Source of the DNA: Candidatus Hydrogenedentota bacterium
GTDB lineage: Bacteria; Hydrogenedentota; Hydrogenedentia; Hydrogenedentales; SLHB01
Assembly (NCBI GenBank): GCA_045863295.1
Contig: BTWA01000017.1
Location: forward strand, 1-64,000
Length of the DNA: 64,000 bases
Direction: 5' to 3'
In this document: in pieces, positions 62,201-64,000 of the stretch
Numbering within the stretch: the first letter of the stretch is position 1
Layout: the number at the start of each line of letters is the position of its first letter
The notes under the pieces: generated by a model
What the model saw: only the letters and a program-made list of their open reading frames with translations
What the model was told of the DNA's origin: nothing
The model's database searches: none
Made by a program: the position numbers and the translations under genes

Positions 62201-64000
62201 CACGTGATTGTCGGCCATCATTACGAGCAGTGCAGTATTCTCGGGGTCCTTTTCCAGCAGGGGTTGGAGGAATTCCCGGCACCGGACGGTGTCGTCCTTC
62301 ATGGAATTGAGAATGGCTTTCAGGAATTCAGCAGAAGTGCCTTTAATGGGCTGGGCTTTCAATTCTTCTACTGCATGGGCGAAGCCCTTTCCAAGTGCGT
62401 ATCCGCGTGCCGCAATTTGATCCATTTCACGCGCCACCCATTCTTCGGCGATTGCGGCCTTTCGGTTGTTCGTATAGTAGTCTTCCGCTTCCTCCCAGAG
62501 GCCATGATGCACAAGCTGTTGCATGACTTCGCGGTATCCGTATGCGCCACCGTATCGTTGTGCATACTTTTTCCATTCTTCATACGCCTTGACGCGATCG
62601 CCGGCGGCGAGATACATCAGTGGCAGGCGATCGCCCCAGTAGTTCGCGTTCTGACCAGACTTTTCAATCAAGGCGAGTACGGCTGCCGGGTCGGCTTGGA
62701 GCTCGGACATTTCCACCAGTTGATTGACCACGTTTTGATCTTGTCCGCGGGTCATTAGGGACTCATAGATGGCACGGGCATCGTCAAATCTCTTTTCCAG
62801 TTTTGCGATGCCGGCATCCACGGCAAGGGCGATCTTGTCGGTGGCGTTCTTTTGCAGCGCCTCCGCGTTTTTTGTTTTCAACTCGTCCAGCTTGCCGGTG
62901 GCTCGATAGAGTCCCGCCATTTGATCGACGGCATAGTAGTCGACCCAACCTTGCGCCCGGGAAACCGGCGAGTCCATCCATGCGACATAGGTGGCCAGGG
63001 CTTCCTCAATCCGGCCGGCACTGACGTAGGTTTGGGCCAACTCCGATTTGTAATACGTTTGCGTTGGAGCGAGCTTGGCGGCTTTTTCGAGCAGTTCGAT
63101 AGCCTGATTGTAATCGCCCTCCTCCCGGAAGCGCCACGCCAATTCCTGCATTTGATCGGGGGTGGTCGCTTTGGCCACCATGGTCTTTTCCATTTCGTCG
63201 AGTTGTTCGCCCTTGCCCATCCTCTGATACAAATCGCGCACGCTCCAGCTGACGCGGGAGTACATGGAAGGCGTCTTTTTGATCATGTCTTCGTACATGG
63301 CGAGGGCCTCGTCGAACCGGCCCTTATTGGTAAGCAATTGCGCCACTGTCATTTTCGCTTCGGCATAGTTGGGCCGCTTGTCGATGAGTTTCTGCCACAC
63401 CTCCATGGCCTTATCAACTTCGTTGTTCATGCTGTATAAAGAGGCCAGATGGCGGTGAATCTCTATCGAGCCAGGCTGTTTTGCCAGGCGGTCTTCGAAC
63501 TCGGCGATCAGCTCGGGTGTGCGGCCGGCCGCAGCCATATATTGGTGCAAGCGCTGCAAGATTTGGTCGGTACCCTGAGGGCCGCCACCCATATTTGCGT
63601 AGTAGACGCCACCGTAGGAGGTGTAATAGTAGGAGTTGCTCCGGGCCGTGCCCTGGATGCGCCTGTCCCAGGCTTCACGTGCGAGTTCAATGGCCTTGTC
63701 GAGGTTATCTTCTTCGCTATACAGTTCGGCGAGCAGCGAGAGCGCGTCGCTGTTGCGGCTTAACCCGGACAGATGTTCCTCCAGCAACGACTTGGTAATT
63801 TCCTTCTCCCCCGCAGTACGGAACTGGTTAATGCCTTCCATGATTTGCGCAGGGGGCAGGCCACGCTGCATAAGCGCGCGCATTCCTTCGGCGGCTTTCG
63901 CATAGTCGCCCGCGCGAATGTTCACCGCGATTCTGGCACGCGTCGCCTCGCGCGTAGTGCTGGGGTAGCGGTTTTCGACCTCGTCGTACAATGACAGCAT
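59210..64000 (-). CDS. Giant TPR-repeat protein (5' part outside the window) with a C-terminal PA14-like beta domain
   Basis: >1596 aa of TPR-like helical repeats; WVVMGPF...FGADDLPRVWVNG. Confidence 0.85.
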   Translation of the reverse strand: MLSLYDEVENRYPSTTREATRARIAVNIRAGDYAKAAEGMRALMQRGLPPAQIMEGINQFRTAGEKEITKSLLEEHLSGLSRNSDALSLLAELYSEEDNLDKAIELAREAWDRRIQGTARSNSYYYTSYGGVYYANMGGGPQGTDQILQRLHQYMAAAGRTPELIAEFEDRLAKQPGSIEIHRHLASLYSMNNEVDKAMEVWQKLIDKRPNYAEAKMTVAQLLTNKGRFDEALAMYEDMIKKTPSMYSRVSWSVRDLYQRMGKGEQLDEMEKTMVAKATTPDQMQELAWRFREEGDYNQAIELLEKAAKLAPTQTYYKSELAQTYVSAGRIEEALATYVAWMDSPVSRAQGWVDYYAVDQMAGLYRATGKLDELKTKNAEALQKNATDKIALAVDAGIAKLEKRFDDARAIYESLMTRGQDQNVVNQLVEMSELQADPAAVLALIEKSGQNANYWGDRLPLMYLAAGDRVKAYEEWKKYAQRYGGAYGYREVMQQLVHHGLWEEAEDYYTNNRKAAIAEEWVAREMDQIAARGYALGKGFAHAVEELKAQPIKGTSAEFLKAILNSMKDDTVRCREFLQPLLEKDPENTALLVMMADNHVREDNFEAAAPLFAKAVELDKDNGAYVQQYANCLVSLGRVEDADALFQAWYPQRLAERGPVYTTFLQQVGRWKQILTLKESALQTVDPSLKDQTILHFAGLEASMGNIEAAKSAYKELFDRSKDANSFSAYYEFLTQKALYSEAYALFMANKDEGFLDQWQGSSEAYADLCLQEGDPNAIIDHAWKFLRYGDRYNRDYYVNRIADRMGGKFNLRKFYGPLEARIFEDPNPMTPLVLACARLNSQIGNYDRAIELYKTVLDKNRFESQARQGLVGALHAQGRYEEELALTSDLSVATNTQAEVSATIELAQTYFNIQRPEDAVKTLTELYAWAKDANASQSIAQLLIEQKRYEQALPYLERASTLSRAYSGTKASLARCYAKLGRGEDAIRVAAEATEELNPESFVRWLVSEKLYDVAIAAAQKGISIDPAGEQFHIALVQAHLEMGDAANAFAALETAMQQIPDRRASDLADTVGQAIAQNPANFDAALAAVSAAPTPGAVTAMVCGFSNRASRKAKDSAQAARAAVTALPVERSVAQIKLALALIDLDDPGAALEWLRKAAGAPQLNNGELALLGTGFVDAGDPAGALAAFEKLLSRQPGAWTTQTKILVAYAKAGSPEQKQAFLDLLRANVPYEQQLACYESLFKAHEGASDESLAELAALIESPVLTEQQAAEMSNLFKENHRHDDAMRLYQRIANGGFGQSARNEALLSAVKLECETSLPEAMRYYVQLIPLGDAQATNARHAIAEKVSAESLPKLKEVILAAIAEKPAHDRGSDLVGFYSALAEKAGAADSAAAVATAAGLTGVEAEEAALWDRMVENWVVMGPFDVSETGLEGSPLDYIPELEKGLIESGVSDASSSAIVSPTDVVRAIEIDKALGLDDESRENKLAYAVTTIQSPDAREVTFSFGADDLPRVWVNGKKVFERLQGTAAVPDQERFKATLQQGVNTVVIKLVNRGADWEFFLAPLEGGDGLTASAPATATASEVASLANAE

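Overview
Bacterial DNA (GC-rich; the ECF-sigma fusion, giant TPR protein and secreted beta-propeller genes suggest a Planctomycetota/Hydrogenedentota-like host, which is inference). Bases 1-35.4 kb look like a tandem or nested array of related integrative elements at the 3' end of a tRNA-Asn. Three element right ends (6183-6213, 23629-23663, 34932-34966) share an identical 21-bp motif followed by all or part of the tRNA 3' end CGCGGA(GCCA). Each end carries a minus-strand HTH reading frame that has no conserved start and stays open across the att core. Cargo: (A) VirD4/HerA-like ATPase, AEP primase, SSB-like protein; (B) TetR-controlled ABC/TolC exporter, PP2C phosphatase, and an Rrf2-Ric-hemerythrin-P450 stress operon; (C) czcCBA plus a heavy-metal P1B-ATPase. 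Next is a 371-bp unit made of a small GIY-YIG nuclease gene and a tRNA-Asn copy in which two arms are replaced by TCCCGC-N5-GCGGGA hairpins. This is followed by an orphan integron-type cassette, a PspA/IM30 - SBP-OmpA - ABC - AAA+ operon, and ordinary chromosomal genes. No integrase, intact tRNA, rRNA or CRISPR array was found in the window.
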